Assembly: GCA_965216025.1 (NCBI GenBank)
Contig: CBDCEX010000017.1
Coordinates: 307,390 to 371,389, forward strand
Length of the DNA: 64,000 nucleotides
Origin: Dehalococcoidia bacterium
GTDB lineage: Bacteria > Chloroflexota > Dehalococcoidia > Lucifugimonadales > UBA3495
Reading direction: 5' to 3'
The notes below the pieces were generated by a model. The model worked only from the letters and a program-made list of their open reading frames with translations, had not been told where the DNA came from and searched no databases. Position numbers and translations under genes: made by a program. Below are positions 20,509 to 30,266 of this stretch, one piece after another (positions within the stretch are counted from its first letter, which is position 1; each line of letters starts with the position of its first letter).

Positions 20509-21730
20509 CGACGCCACTATTGCCCAGATTACCCAGCGCGGGGTGAAGGAAATCATCTCCCGAGAAGAATTCACCGAGCTGCTGCAATCCGGCAGGTCTC
20601 TAAGGCTGAAGATGGGTTTCGACCCCAGCCGGCCCGACATTCACCTGGGGCACGTGGTAGGCCTCCGCAAGCTGCGCCAGCTGCAAGAGTTGGGCCACCA
20701 GGTGATTCTCATTGTCGGCGACTGGACCGCCCAGATCGGTGACCCCAGCGGGCAGTCGGCTACCAGGTCCATGCTGACCCACGAAGAGGTGACCGCCAAC
20801 GCCGAGTCCTACCTGCGCCAGTTTTTCAAAGTTGTGGACCAGCAACGCGCCCAGGTGATGTGGCAGAGCGAGTGGTTTGGGAAGTTCACCCTGGCCGACG
20901 TGATCCGGCTGACCAGCCGATTCACCGTAGCCCAGTTCCTGGAGCGGGACGACTTCGCCAATCGGTTCCGAGAGCACCGCCCCATCGCCATCACCGAGCT
21001 GCTATACCCTCTGCTGCAAGCCTACGATTCCGTAATGATTGAATCCGACGTGGAGTTCGGCGGCACCGATCAGATGTTCAACCTGCTGGTGGGTCGGGAG
21101 TTGCAGGGAATGATGGGGCAGAAGCGCCAGCAGTGTTTCTTGATGCCCATCCTGGTGGGCACCGACGGCGTGCAAAAGATGAGCAAGAGTTTGGACAACT
21201 ATGTGGGAGTGGAAGAGCCACCCGACGACATGTTCGGCAAGCTCATGTCCATTCCCGACGAGCAGATCATCCCTTACTTCGAGTACCTCACTGATGCTCC
21301 CCAAGAACAGTTGGATGAGTTAGCGCGGGAAATTTCAGCAGAGTCCACCAATCCCATGGATGCCAAGAAAGACCTGGCAAGCCAGATCACCGCAGATTTC
21401 CACGGCCAGCAGGCCGCCCAGGTTGCTCGGGACAACTTTGAACGGGTGGTGCAAGGTCGAGATCTCCCTAAGGACATCCCAGAATTCCCCTTGGTCCAGC
21501 TTGGGGATGGCAGCCTGCCGCAACTGAGCCGAATGCTGGTTTCGACCGGGCTGGCCTCCAGTAACGCCGCCGCCAAACGGTTGATCAGCCAACGGGCCGT
21601 GGAGCTGGTTCGCACCAGCGGTGAATCCTACACTTTTTCCTCTGATTCTCCCGGTGATTCTCCCGGCTTGGCGATTCAGTCCGGGGACGTGATCAAGGTG
21701 GGCAAGCGCCGTTTCCTGCGCCTGGTCTAG
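20501..21730 (+). CDS. tyrS: tyrosine--tRNA ligase
   Basis: HIGH-type motif (PDIHLGH), KMSKS, and a C-terminal S4-like domain. TTG 20501 is preceded by GGGAGGAG. The ORF-track maximum start is 20462. Overlaps the ribF stop. Confidence 0.85.
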   Translation: MLSDATIAQITQRGVKEIISREEFTELLQSGRSLRLKMGFDPSRPDIHLGHVVGLRKLRQLQELGHQVILIVGDWTAQIGDPSGQSATRSMLTHEEVTANAESYLRQFFKVVDQQRAQVMWQSEWFGKFTLADVIRLTSRFTVAQFLERDDFANRFREHRPIAITELLYPLLQAYDSVMIESDVEFGGTDQMFNLLVGRELQGMMGQKRQQCFLMPILVGTDGVQKMSKSLDNYVGVEEPPDDMFGKLMSIPDEQIIPYFEYLTDAPQEQLDELAREISAESTNPMDAKKDLASQITADFHGQQAAQVARDNFERVVQGRDLPKDIPEFPLVQLGDGSLPQLSRMLVSTGLASSNAAAKRLISQRAVELVRTSGESYTFSSDSPGDSPGLAIQSGDVIKVGKRRFLRLV

Positions 21731-21950
21731 CCAGACAGGCCAACTGCCGCTAGCCCAGCTGAGTAATTATTTAAGAATGTCACCCCGAGCCCTTCGGCGT
21801 TGCTAAGGGTGAACTCCGCGAGGGGTCTAAAGTCTCTGGGAACATGGCCCTGATGCCCTTGGCTATGGTGTAACTGTAATGCTGATTCATGAAGTTTTCC
21901 GGCCCAGGATTTAGATTCCCCAGGCGCTTCACACCTGCTCTGTAAATATT

Positions 21951-22021
21951 CCGTTCGCCCTTTGAGAGCCTCAGGACGAACGGGATCCCTACCGCTCGTG
22001 GTGAGCCCGTCGAACCATGAG
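21951..22021. repeat. copy of the CCGTTCG...CGAACGG hairpin repeat family in the mutase 5' region
   Basis: CCGTTCGCCCTTTGAGAGCCTCAGGACGAACGG plus CTCGTGGTGAGCCCGTCGAACCATGAG. Related to 11241-11309 and 45914-45946. Confidence 0.6.
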
Positions 22022-22116
22022 CCGAGGGGAACCCGTTTTTATCTGTAGGTGGCGCTCCACTGGAGCACGAAAACTCGGAATGACCTGAGTCGTTTTGAAA
22101 TAGTTATTCAGCCCCG

Positions 22117-23805
22117 GTGGCGGAGGTTTCTTTGCCCGACAATTCAAACAACCCAACTCCCCCCAACCCCGAAAACAGCGCCGCGCGCTGGAGGCAAAGG
22201 GCGGCCGCCGCTCCTCAGCGTAAATCCGGTTACAAGACCCTTTCTCAGATCCCCTTGGAGCCCTTGTACACCGCCGAGCATGTTTCGCAGCTGGATTACC
22301 AGCGGGACCTGGGCATGCCTGGGGAGTATCCCTACCTGCGGGGAGTCCATCCCAGCGGGTACCGGGGCCGGCTCTGGACCATGCGCATGTTCGCCGGATT
22401 CGGCCTTCCGGAGGAAACCAATCAGCGGTTCAAGTTCCTGCTGGAGGGCGGTCAGACCGGTCTGAGCGTAGCCTTCGACATGCCCACCCTCTACGGTTAC
22501 GACACCGACGATGCCCCGGCGGCCGGAGAATTTGGCAAGTGCGGAGTGGCTGTCTCTTCGCTGGCCGATATGGAGACGCTCTTCGACGGCATACCCCTGG
22601 GCCAGATAACCACCTCCATGACCATCAACAGTCCGGCGGCCATAATCTGGGCGATGTACCTGGCCGTGGCCGAAAAACAGGGCGTGCCTATGAACCAGAT
22701 CGGCGGCACGCTGCAAAACGATATCCTCAAGGAGTACCTGGCTCAAAACGAGTACATCTTCCCGCCGGAGCCCTCCATGCGCCTGGTGGTGGACACCGTG
22801 GAGTTTGCCAGCCAATTCCTGCCGGCCTGGAACCCCATCAGCATCAGCGGCTACCACATCCGGGAGGCGGGCTCCAACGCGGTGCAGGAGCTGGCCTTTA
22901 CCCTGGCCGACGGCTTGGAGTACGTGCGGCACTGCCTGGACCGGGGACTGGCGATAGACGACTTTGCCCCCCGGCTCAGCTTCTTCTTCAACGTGCACAA
23001 CGACTTTTTCGAGGAGATAGCCAAGTTCCGCGCCGCCCGTCGCATCTGGGCCCGGGAGATGAAGGACACTTTTGGGGCGCAAGACCCCCGCTCTCATTTA
23101 CTGCGTTTCCACGCCCAAACCTCTGGCGCCGCCCTCACCTCCCAGCAGCCGGAGAACAATGTTATGCGGGTTTCCCTCCAGGCCCTGGCCGCCGTCCTGG
23201 GAGGTTGCCAGTCGCTCCACACCAACGCCAAGGATGAAGCCTGGGCCCTCCCCTCCGAGGAAGCGGCACTGCTGGCATTGCGCACCCAGCAAATAATCGC
23301 GCATGAGACCGGTGTGACCGACACGATGGACCCCCTGGGGGGCAGCTACTTCCTGGAAACACTGACCGGCCAGGTAGAAGCAGGAGCCCGGGACTATTTC
23401 CGCCGCATCGAGGACGTTGGTGGTGTGATACCGGCCCTGAAGTCCGGGTTCTTCCAGCACGAGATTGCCGAGGCGTCCTACCTCTATCAGCTGGAAGAGG
23501 ACCGCAAGGAACGCATCACGGTGGGGGTTAACCAGTACGCCAACGCCGACCCCCTGCAAATTTCATTGCTACGGGTAAACGCGGAGGGGGAGCAGCGCCA
23601 AATTCAGCAACTCCAACGGGTCCGCCGCCGCCGGGACAACCGGGATGTTTCGGTCAAGTTGCGGGCCTTGGAGCAGGCGACCCGGGGCTCCGCCAACCTG
23701 ATGCCACCCCTACTGGAGGCGGTCAAGGCTTACGCAACTCTGGGAGAGATGATGGGAGTTTTCCGGGAAGTGTTTGGGGAGTACCAACCCAGCTGGGGAT
23801 TTTAG
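22117..23805 (+). CDS. methylmalonyl-CoA mutase family large (catalytic, TIM-barrel) subunit; no B12-binding domain in this ORF
   Basis: [26 protein letters not shown]...[18 protein letters not shown]...[26 protein letters not shown]...FHAQTSG. 562 aa. GTG start. Confidence 0.9.
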   Translation: MAEVSLPDNSNNPTPPNPENSAARWRQRAAAAPQRKSGYKTLSQIPLEPLYTAEHVSQLDYQRDLGMPGEYPYLRGVHPSGYRGRLWTMRMFAGFGLPEETNQRFKFLLEGGQTGLSVAFDMPTLYGYDTDDAPAAGEFGKCGVAVSSLADMETLFDGIPLGQITTSMTINSPAAIIWAMYLAVAEKQGVPMNQIGGTLQNDILKEYLAQNEYIFPPEPSMRLVVDTVEFASQFLPAWNPISISGYHIREAGSNAVQELAFTLADGLEYVRHCLDRGLAIDDFAPRLSFFFNVHNDFFEEIAKFRAARRIWAREMKDTFGAQDPRSHLLRFHAQTSGAALTSQQPENNVMRVSLQALAAVLGGCQSLHTNAKDEAWALPSEEAALLALRTQQIIAHETGVTDTMDPLGGSYFLETLTGQVEAGARDYFRRIEDVGGVIPALKSGFFQHEIAEASYLYQLEEDRKERITVGVNQYANADPLQISLLRVNAEGEQRQIQQLQRVRRRRDNRDVSVKLRALEQATRGSANLMPPLLEAVKAYATLGEMMGVFREVFGEYQPSWGF

Positions 23806-23856
23806 GCTGGACATTGGGAATAGGGAAGAGCTGCATAAGAACTCGGGGGTTAGATA

Positions 23857-25087
23857 CAGGGCAATCGCGTCTTATTATCGTTCTTAAATTTGTTTAAAAT
23901 AGTAATCATCATGACGAAACTAGGGAGGGGTAGTGATGGTTCAGGCAACAGGCGCACCCATCGCCCAATACTTCGCGGCGTTGGACGACCCGAGGATTGA
24001 TCGTACCAAGCGGCACAAACTTTTGGATATCGTCACCATTGCCCTTTGTGCCACCATCTGCGGCGCTGATTCTTGGGTGGATATCGAGCTCTTCGGCAAC
24101 TGTAAAGAGGAGTGGTTCAAGTCCTTCCTGGAGTTGCCCAACGGTATCCCTTCCCATGATACCTTCGGCGACGTCTTCGCCCGCCTGGACCCAGAGCAGT
24201 TTCAACGCTGTTTCATGGAGTGGGTCCAAGCCGTAGCCCAAGTCACCCAAGGCGAAGTGGTGGCCATCGACGGCAAGACGGTACGGCGCTCCCACGACCG
24301 TACCCTGGGCAAAAAGGCCATTCACATGGTCAACGTGTGGGCCTCGTCCCATGGCTTGGCGCTGGGCCAGACCAAGGTGGACGAGAAGTCCAATGAAATC
24401 ACCGCCATCCCCAAGTTGCTACAGCTGCTGGAGCTCGCCGGTTGCATCATCACCATCGACGCCATGGGCTGCCAGAGGGAGATAGCCCGGGAGATCATTG
24501 AGGCTCAGGCCGACTATCTGCTGGCGGTGAAGGAGAATCAAGGCCGGCTGTACGATGACGTTCGCGACCTTTTCGAGGGCGCCGAGGAATACGACTTCGA
24601 GGGCGTCCCCTATGACTTCGCCCGCACGCTGAACAAGGGCCACGGCCGCCTGGAAACCCGTCAATGCTGGGTCATCACGGACCCGGACTGCCTGGACTAT
24701 CTGCAAAACCGGCAGCAGTGGGCCAACCTCAACGCCGTGGTTAAGGTCACGGCTCAGCGGGAGACGGCAACCGGGACCACGGTCCACTCTCGCTACTATA
24801 TCAGCAGTCTGGCCAGGCCTGCCCAGACTTTGTTGGAGGTCACCCGCCGACACTGGGGCATAGAAAACAGCTTGCACTGGTCTTTGGATGTTACCTTTCG
24901 AGAAGATCACAGCCGGGTACGTAAGGATAGTGGGCCTCAAAACCTGGCAGTCCTGCGCCAGATAGCCCTCAATTTGCTGAAGCAGGAGACCAGCCTTAAA
25001 CGGGGACTTCAAGGTAAACGGCTGAAAGCCGGCTGGGTTGAGGATTACCTACTCAAGGTGCTCCTTGGTTAAGACGCGATTGCCCTG
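23857..25087 (+). mobile_element. ISAs1-family insertion sequence, intact (1231 bp)
   Basis: 18-bp perfect terminal inverted repeats CAGGGCAATCGCGTCTTA (23857-23874) and TAAGACGCGATTGCCCTG (25070-25087). Flanked by the 10-bp direct repeat GGGTTAGATA (23847-23856 and 25088-25097). Confidence 0.9.
23933..25072 (+). CDS. ISAs1-family transposase
   Basis: DPRIDRTKRHKLLDIVTIALCATICGADSWVDIELFG...IDAMGCQREIA...DYLLAVKENQ...RHWGIENSLHWSLDVTFREDHSR. 379 aa, uninterrupted. Confidence 0.9.
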   Translation: MMVQATGAPIAQYFAALDDPRIDRTKRHKLLDIVTIALCATICGADSWVDIELFGNCKEEWFKSFLELPNGIPSHDTFGDVFARLDPEQFQRCFMEWVQAVAQVTQGEVVAIDGKTVRRSHDRTLGKKAIHMVNVWASSHGLALGQTKVDEKSNEITAIPKLLQLLELAGCIITIDAMGCQREIAREIIEAQADYLLAVKENQGRLYDDVRDLFEGAEEYDFEGVPYDFARTLNKGHGRLETRQCWVITDPDCLDYLQNRQQWANLNAVVKVTAQRETATGTTVHSRYYISSLARPAQTLLEVTRRHWGIENSLHWSLDVTFREDHSRVRKDSGPQNLAVLRQIALNLLKQETSLKRGLQGKRLKAGWVEDYLLKVLLG

Positions 25088-25219
25088 GGGTTAGATAATT
25101 TAAAATTGACCTAGCCAAGAGACGAGCTTACACTACCAGAGGCCAATCCCAGATTCGGGATTCGCCTGAAGTCCGCGTTAAACGGGAAATTCTGGATAAC
25201 TTTAAAGGAGGTCGACCAC

Positions 25220-26193
25220 ATGACGGTAAATCGGGGACGATGGTCTAGCATCATTCTGGTACTGGTGGGAGTGGCATCTCTGCTGTTGCTCGTGAGTGCA
25301 TGTACCAGTCAGGACAACGAGGCCACTGCACTTTTGCAAGACCCCACCTTCGGTTTGTCTCACCTTAACGATGAAGTCCACACTATCAAAGGAGAGGAGT
25401 TCTTGGGCAGCCCCAAGTTCGGCCTAGCCCACCTCAACGATGAATTCCACACGATCAAAGAGATCTTGGCAGGGCGATCCCCGGCCAGTGGTGCTACTAT
25501 CCCGGAAGGCGCTTGCGATGGTTTACCCAACCATGCTGAACTCAAAGCTGCCCTGACTACTGCCCGCATCGAAAACAATGGGGAGTTCAATCTGGACATG
25601 TGGGGCACTGTGGTGAACCGGGTGGCGTAGTGTGCGGAGTGGCATTCACCGGCAGCGAACCGGGCGACCAATGGCCGGGGAGTCGGGTGATTTCCGCCCA
25701 AAAAGCCAATACCGCCAATGCCTTCAGCCTACCAGGCCTTGCCATTTCTACCGCCAGCCTGTTTTCAGCGGTGCAACCAGGTGGCAGCCTGTTCGGTCTG
25801 CAATTTAGTAATCCGGTTGATACCAGCGTTGCCTACGGAGGTTCCTGGGGTGATTATGGTCAGCCAGACGACCCGATGGTGGGGGGAAAGATCGGCGGTG
25901 TCAACGTATTTGGCGGGGGACTGCCTCTTTACGATAGTGACGGGAAACATTGGGGAGCCATTGGCGTGAGCGGAGATTCTGCCTGCGCCGACCACAACAT
26001 AGCTTGGCGGACCCGTAACAACCTGGCGTTGGATTTCGTTCCTGGTGGCCTAAGTGGGGACGCTGAAAGGCCCGACAGTATTGTCTTCGATATTGGCAGC
26101 TCGGGCGATAGTGCAAGTGGGTGGGGACACCCTCTTTGCGGCGCATCGGATCAGGAGAGTAACATCGCTGGTAGCCTACCACCCATAAGCTAG
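25220..26193 (+). pseudogene. lipoprotein with GlcG/HbpS-like (DUF336) domain, split by an apparent 1-nt deletion near 25621-25623
   Basis: Lipobox LLVSAC. ORF 25220-25630 ends ...MWGTVVNRVA*. ORF 25600-26193, in another frame, continues GVVCGVAFTG...AQKANTANAFS...WGAIGVSGDSACADHNIA. One extra base would join them as VVNRxGVVCGVAF. Confidence 0.6.
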
Positions 26194-26378
26194 TGGGCTG
26201 TTACTCCTGAATTGAGGTGTAAAGATACTTTAATATGTAACGAGCTTCCGCGCACCGCTGCCCAGCATCTGGGCAACAGGGTCGGCGTATAGGTAGTTAA
26301 CCCGGTCTCGGCCACCACAAGCGCGAGGCTCCCGTTACTTAGCCCAATTTCGATGCCTAGCCGGCGGAGCTCCGCCAG

Positions 26379-28430
26379 CTAGACCTTTTCCTCTTCCTTG
26401 GCCCGCTTGGTCTCTTCGATTACCTTTTGCTCCACATTGGGAGGCACCTGATCGTAGTGGTCAAACTCCACCTCGTAGGTGCCCCGGCCCTGGCTGAGGG
26501 ATCGCAGGTCCTGGGCGTATCGCTGCACCTCGGCCAAGGGTATTTCAGCCTCGATAGTAGTGTAATTTTCCCCGGGGATCATCCCGAGAATTCGTCCTCG
26601 CTTGCTGTTCAAGTCGCTCATCACGTCACCGGTGTAGGCATCGGGCAAGTAGATGGTCAGCCTAACTATCGGCTCCAGTAGGACGGGACTGGCTTCACTC
26701 AGTCCCTTCCGGAGAGCCTGGGAACTGGCGATTTCAAAGGACATACCTGAAGAGTCCACGTCGTGGAAGCTGCCGTCGTAAATCACGGCCTTAAGGTCAA
26801 CCACCGGAAATCCGCACAACACCCCCTCTTCCATGGACTTAACAACCCCTTTTTCCACCGAGGGGATGTACTCCCTGGGCACCTTGCCGCCGGTTATCTC
26901 CGACGCGAACTCGAATCCCTCGGTGCGGTCTCTGGGCTCCAACCGGAGGAGCACATGTCCGTACTGACCGTGGCCACCGCTTTGCTTCTTATGCCGGTAT
27001 TCGGACTTGGTGATCCGGGTGATGGTCTCGCGGTAGGCTACTCGCGGAAGCCGAATTAGCAGCTCCGCGCCGAACTTGCGCCGTATCCGCTCCAGGGCTA
27101 CGTCGATCTGAGCCTCCCCCAGGCCGGTCAGAATACTTTCTCCGGTATCGGTGTCGCGAGAATAACGGAGAGTCGGGTCTTCCTCCACTATGCGAGCCAG
27201 CGAGGTAGACATCTTGTCCAGGTCAGCTTTGGTCGCCGGATTAACCGCAACGCTGTAGTAGCCCACCGGGAATTCCACCGGAGGGAAGGAAACCTGGTTC
27301 TCCCTGGTGCAGAGGGAATCGCCAGTCACTGTGGCGGCCAGCTTGCCTATCGCGCCGATGTCGCCGGCGGTAACCTCGCTGATGTTCTCCTGGGATTTTC
27401 CTCTGGGCAAGTAAAGCTGCCCGATCCGCTCCGACTGGTTCCGCGAGCTGTTCCAAACCTCCGAGTTGCTGCTGATACTTCCCCGGTAAACCCGAAACAC
27501 AGAAAGCTTCCCCACAAAAGGGTCGGCGGTGGTTTTGAACACGAAGGCCGCCAAGGGTCCCTGCTGTTCCACCTCCAAATCTAGTTCCTTCCCCGAGCCG
27601 GTTTCAGTCATCACCGGCTTTTCGCCATCAAACGGGGACGGCAAGAACTCTCGCACAGTATGTAAAAATTCATCCACGCCGATGTTCTGGGTGGCGGCAC
27701 AGGCCAGGATGGGGACCAATTCGCCCTTCATGATAGCGGTACGGGCGCCGGCGACCACATCCGCATCGCTCAGCTCGCCGGTTTCCAGATATTTGTCGGC
27801 CAGCTCATCATCGGACTCGGCGACCGCCTCCGTCAGCCGTTCCCGGGCCGCATCGAACTCTGCCGCTACTTCCGGCGGAATGTCCGGTGGCGGAAACACC
27901 ACGCTGACCACGCCCTTGAACTCCTGAGCCTCACCGACGGGAAGGTGGAAAGGCACACACTGGGGGCCGAAGGAGGCCTGGATTGCGGCCACGGTTTGGG
28001 AGAAGTTGGCGTTTTCCCGGTCCATTTTGTTGACCACAAACATCCTGGGCAAGCCCTGTCCATTGCACAGGTTCCAGGAACGCTCTGTACCCACGTCCAC
28101 CCCGGACTGGGCCGTGACCAGGATGACGCTGCTTTCTACCACCCGAAGTGAGGCCACCACTTCACCAATAAAGTCGTCGTATCCGGGAGTGTCGAGCAAA
28201 TTTACCTTATAGCCGTCAGCGGAGCAGGCGATAAGGGTGGTTTGAATACTGCCTCTCCGTTTGATCTCCTCCGCTTCGTAGTCGGAGACGGTATTACCGT
28301 CTTCCACCCGGCCCATGCGGGTAGTCGCCTTAAGATTGAACAGCAGGGCTTCGCACAAAGAGGTCTTCCCCGCACCGCTGTGAGAGAGTAACGCTACGTT
28401 TCGTAAATCGCTGGGGTTTAAGGCTGGCAT
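26379..28430 (-). CDS. elongation factor G-like GTPase (EF-G paralogue)
   Basis: G1 motif HSGAGKTSLCEALLF, DTPGYDDF and NKMDRE, followed by EF-G domains II-V. The ATG at 28430 (MPALNPSDLRN) is preferred over the ORF-track GTG at 28508. Confidence 0.85.
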   Translation of the reverse strand: MPALNPSDLRNVALLSHSGAGKTSLCEALLFNLKATTRMGRVEDGNTVSDYEAEEIKRRGSIQTTLIACSADGYKVNLLDTPGYDDFIGEVVASLRVVESSVILVTAQSGVDVGTERSWNLCNGQGLPRMFVVNKMDRENANFSQTVAAIQASFGPQCVPFHLPVGEAQEFKGVVSVVFPPPDIPPEVAAEFDAARERLTEAVAESDDELADKYLETGELSDADVVAGARTAIMKGELVPILACAATQNIGVDEFLHTVREFLPSPFDGEKPVMTETGSGKELDLEVEQQGPLAAFVFKTTADPFVGKLSVFRVYRGSISSNSEVWNSSRNQSERIGQLYLPRGKSQENISEVTAGDIGAIGKLAATVTGDSLCTRENQVSFPPVEFPVGYYSVAVNPATKADLDKMSTSLARIVEEDPTLRYSRDTDTGESILTGLGEAQIDVALERIRRKFGAELLIRLPRVAYRETITRITKSEYRHKKQSGGHGQYGHVLLRLEPRDRTEGFEFASEITGGKVPREYIPSVEKGVVKSMEEGVLCGFPVVDLKAVIYDGSFHDVDSSGMSFEIASSQALRKGLSEASPVLLEPIVRLTIYLPDAYTGDVMSDLNSKRGRILGMIPGENYTTIEAEIPLAEVQRYAQDLRSLSQGRGTYEVEFDHYDQVPPNVEQKVIEETKRAKEEEKV

Positions 28431-28593
28431 AGAACAACTCCCTACTGCTTCTTCGCAAGATATAAGGAAGGCGTAACATGTGCCCGGGGTCGAATCCAGG
28501 CGACCCACCGGACCGGAAAACCTATCCCCATTTTAGCTATTTTGCACTGGTAAGTAAAATCTTTGGCAAAGCCTGTCCTAGCTTAATTACCAA

Positions 28594-28621
28594 TTGACAG
28601 TCTTGAGCCCCTGGTTATAAT
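28594..28621 (+). promoter_or_regulatory. near-consensus sigma70-type promoter upstream of the RidA-family gene
   Basis: TTGACA (28594-28599), 16-nt spacer, TATAAT (28616-28621). About 105 nt upstream of ATG 28728. Confidence 0.45.
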
Positions 28622-28727
28622 GGGACCAACTTCGCCCAGATGTCGGCATTCCGGCAGTGTCCTAACCGAATATCCAAATTTCTCCCCATCCTTTAAGATC
28701 CCGAATCGGTCCGCAATAGGAGGGACC

Positions 28728-29114
28728 ATGCCACAGAAAGAGGTCATTACCTGCGAAGCCCTACCACCGGGCCGGGCGCCCCTGTCTCACGCCACCCGGT
28801 TCGGGAACCTGCTATTCATTCAGGGTTGCACCGGACGGCATCCTACCACCGGCGAGGTCGGGAAAGATATCAGGGAGCAGGCCAGGTATACTCTGGATCG
28901 GATCAAAATGATCCTGGAGGCAGCCGGCTCGTCTCTGGACAATGTACTGACCAATACCTGCTATGTAACCAGGGCGGAAGACCTGGAGGGGTTTAACGAG
29001 GTTTACGCTCAGTATTTCAAAGACGACCGGCCGGCCCGCACTGCTGTCATCGTCAACTTCGGTGCCGCCGATAACCTGGTGGAGGTAACCAGCACCGCCT
29101 GTATCCCAGACTAG
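28728..29114 (+). CDS. RidA/YjgF/L-PSP family protein
   Basis: ATG 28728 with TAGGAGGGA upstream. LSHATRFGNLLFIQGCTG...ARYTLDRIKMILEAAGSSLDNVLTNTCYV...PARTAV...VEVTSTA. Confidence 0.85.
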   Translation: MPQKEVITCEALPPGRAPLSHATRFGNLLFIQGCTGRHPTTGEVGKDIREQARYTLDRIKMILEAAGSSLDNVLTNTCYVTRAEDLEGFNEVYAQYFKDDRPARTAVIVNFGAADNLVEVTSTACIPD

Positions 29115-29314
29115 CGGGCCCGGTGGCCAATATAGTCGGGGCCAAATTAGCCGGAGGCAAAGCAACCGGGAGCAGAGAGACCGGGCCCGAAAGACGCACG
29201 GACCAGGGCTAGACCTAGCTCCAACTCCCTTCCCTAACCTTCCGGCCCCTCTTTCGGTCCAAGCAGGAATAAAAGCACGAAAACTAGACACGGAACCCAG
29301 GCAGGAGCGGCTAA

Positions 29315-29551
29315 TTGCCAACCAGGGCGTTTATCTTAATCGAAACCCAGGTGGGAAGGGCCAACCAGGTGGTCCGGGCCTTGCGGTCCCTGCCCGGAGT
29401 CATGAGCGCGGACGTGGTCACCGGCAGCTTCGATGTCATAGCGCTGATTGAAGTTGATACCATGGGTGCGATGGCCGAGCTGGTCACCGGCCAAATGCAG
29501 GGTATCCGGGGCGTGCTACGGACCAGACTTTTTACCCCTACGGCGTCTTAG
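29315..29551 (+). CDS. stand-alone Lrp/AsnC-type ligand-binding (RAM) domain protein
   Basis: RAFILIETQVGRANQVVRALRSLPGVMSADVVTGSFDVIALIEV. 78 aa. Stop TAG at 29549-29551 lies inside the TTAG target duplication of the adjacent element. Confidence 0.65.
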   Translation: MPTRAFILIETQVGRANQVVRALRSLPGVMSADVVTGSFDVIALIEVDTMGAMAELVTGQMQGIRGVLRTRLFTPTAS

Positions 29552-29948
29552 GGATTGTCACGAAATAATTAGTTCAATTGAGCAGCGCAACGCGGGGTAG
29601 CAGCGAATAATTCCATTCACCATGGAAAGAGTCTCTACAAATAGATGGCTTCGAGTTCGTCGTCCGTGTCGCCGCGGGCTGACGGCTTCCGGACTTTTAA
29701 ACCAGACCCAGACTTTTTACCCCGACGGCGTCTTAGCCCAAACGCTTGAAGATCAGGTGAGACCGGTTGCTGGTGTGAGGGCGTATTTTGGTGGGCCAGT
29801 CACCCTTCTCCGACTCGGCTTTCCATCCATCGGTCTGCGGAATTTCGGGCGAGTCGATTTCGTAAACCGCCAGGTACCGCGCCACTCCCTCCACCCATTA
29901 AGTATAGCTGAGCATGTAGTAAAGAACAAGTTATTTCGTGACAGTACC
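29552..29948. mobile_element. 397-bp TIR-bounded non-coding (MITE-like) element carrying an internal copy of its own insertion site
   Basis: Ends are GGATTGTCACGAAATAA (29552-) and TTATTTCGTGACAGTACC (-29948), with a 13-bp perfect inverted core TGTCACGAAATAA. TTAG sits on both flanks (29548-29551 and 29949-29952). The interior 29711-29894 duplicates 26 bp of the left flank plus 158 bp of the right flank. Confidence 0.5.
29733..29894. repeat. 162-bp direct repeat, copy 1 (inside the MITE-like element)
   Basis: Appears identical by eye to 29949-30110 (TTAGCCCAAACGCTTGAAGATCAGG...CGCGCCACTCCCTCCAC). It is a duplicate of the 3' end of the minus-strand gene 29949-30266. Confidence 0.8.
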
Positions 29949-30110
29949 TTAGCCCAAACGCTTGAAGATCAGGTGAGACCGGTTGCTGGTGTGAGGGCGT
30001 ATTTTGGTGGGCCAGTCACCCTTCTCCGACTCGGCTTTCCATCCATCGGTCTGCGGAATTTCGGGCGAGTCGATTTCGTAAACCGCCAGGTACCGCGCCA
30101 CTCCCTCCAC
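29949..30110. repeat. 162-bp direct repeat, copy 2 (3' end of the intact gene)
   Basis: See 29733-29894. Confidence 0.8.
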
Positions 30111-30266
30111 ATCAGCCGATTCCAGTTTGTATCGGGTGCAGCCGTGTACCCCAGGCGCTTGGGTTATGTTCGGCACATGCTGAGTGTCGTAAACGCGGTT
30201 GAATTCCTCTTCCAACTCGTCGGGTATATCCATCTGCACCACATACATGTAATCGGCCATGTCCAA
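29949..30266 (-). CDS. small dimeric alpha/beta-barrel (EthD/DUF4286-like) protein
   Basis: YVVQMDIPDELEEEFNRVYDTQHVPNITQAPGVHGCTRYKLE...ARYLAVYEIDS. The same motif pattern occurs twice in 45224-45898. The family name is tentative. Confidence 0.55.
   Translation of the reverse strand: MDMADYMYVVQMDIPDELEEEFNRVYDTQHVPNITQAPGVHGCTRYKLESADVEGVARYLAVYEIDSPEIPQTDGWKAESEKGDWPTKIRPHTSNRSHLIFKRLG

Noticed and set aside
21731-22116. Adenosylcobalamin riboswitch upstream of the B12-dependent mutase
   Set aside because: The 386-bp leader was read on the plus strand. No B12-box-like core was seen. The region is instead filled with copies of the dispersed hairpin repeat families. A covariance-model scan would be needed for certainty.
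22144-23097. 317-aa minus-strand ORF antisense to the acyl-CoA mutase gene. Similar antisense ORFs occur at 32197-33519 and 53454-54431 over the XDH-family genes.
   Set aside because: No recognisable motifs, and Arg/Gly/His-rich composition typical of antisense frames. The sense strands encode well-conserved enzymes.
28470-28510. tRNA-like GGTCGAATCC motif upstream of the EF-G-like gene
   Set aside because: The flanking bases cannot form a T-stem, acceptor stem or anticodon arm. No cloverleaf could be drawn.
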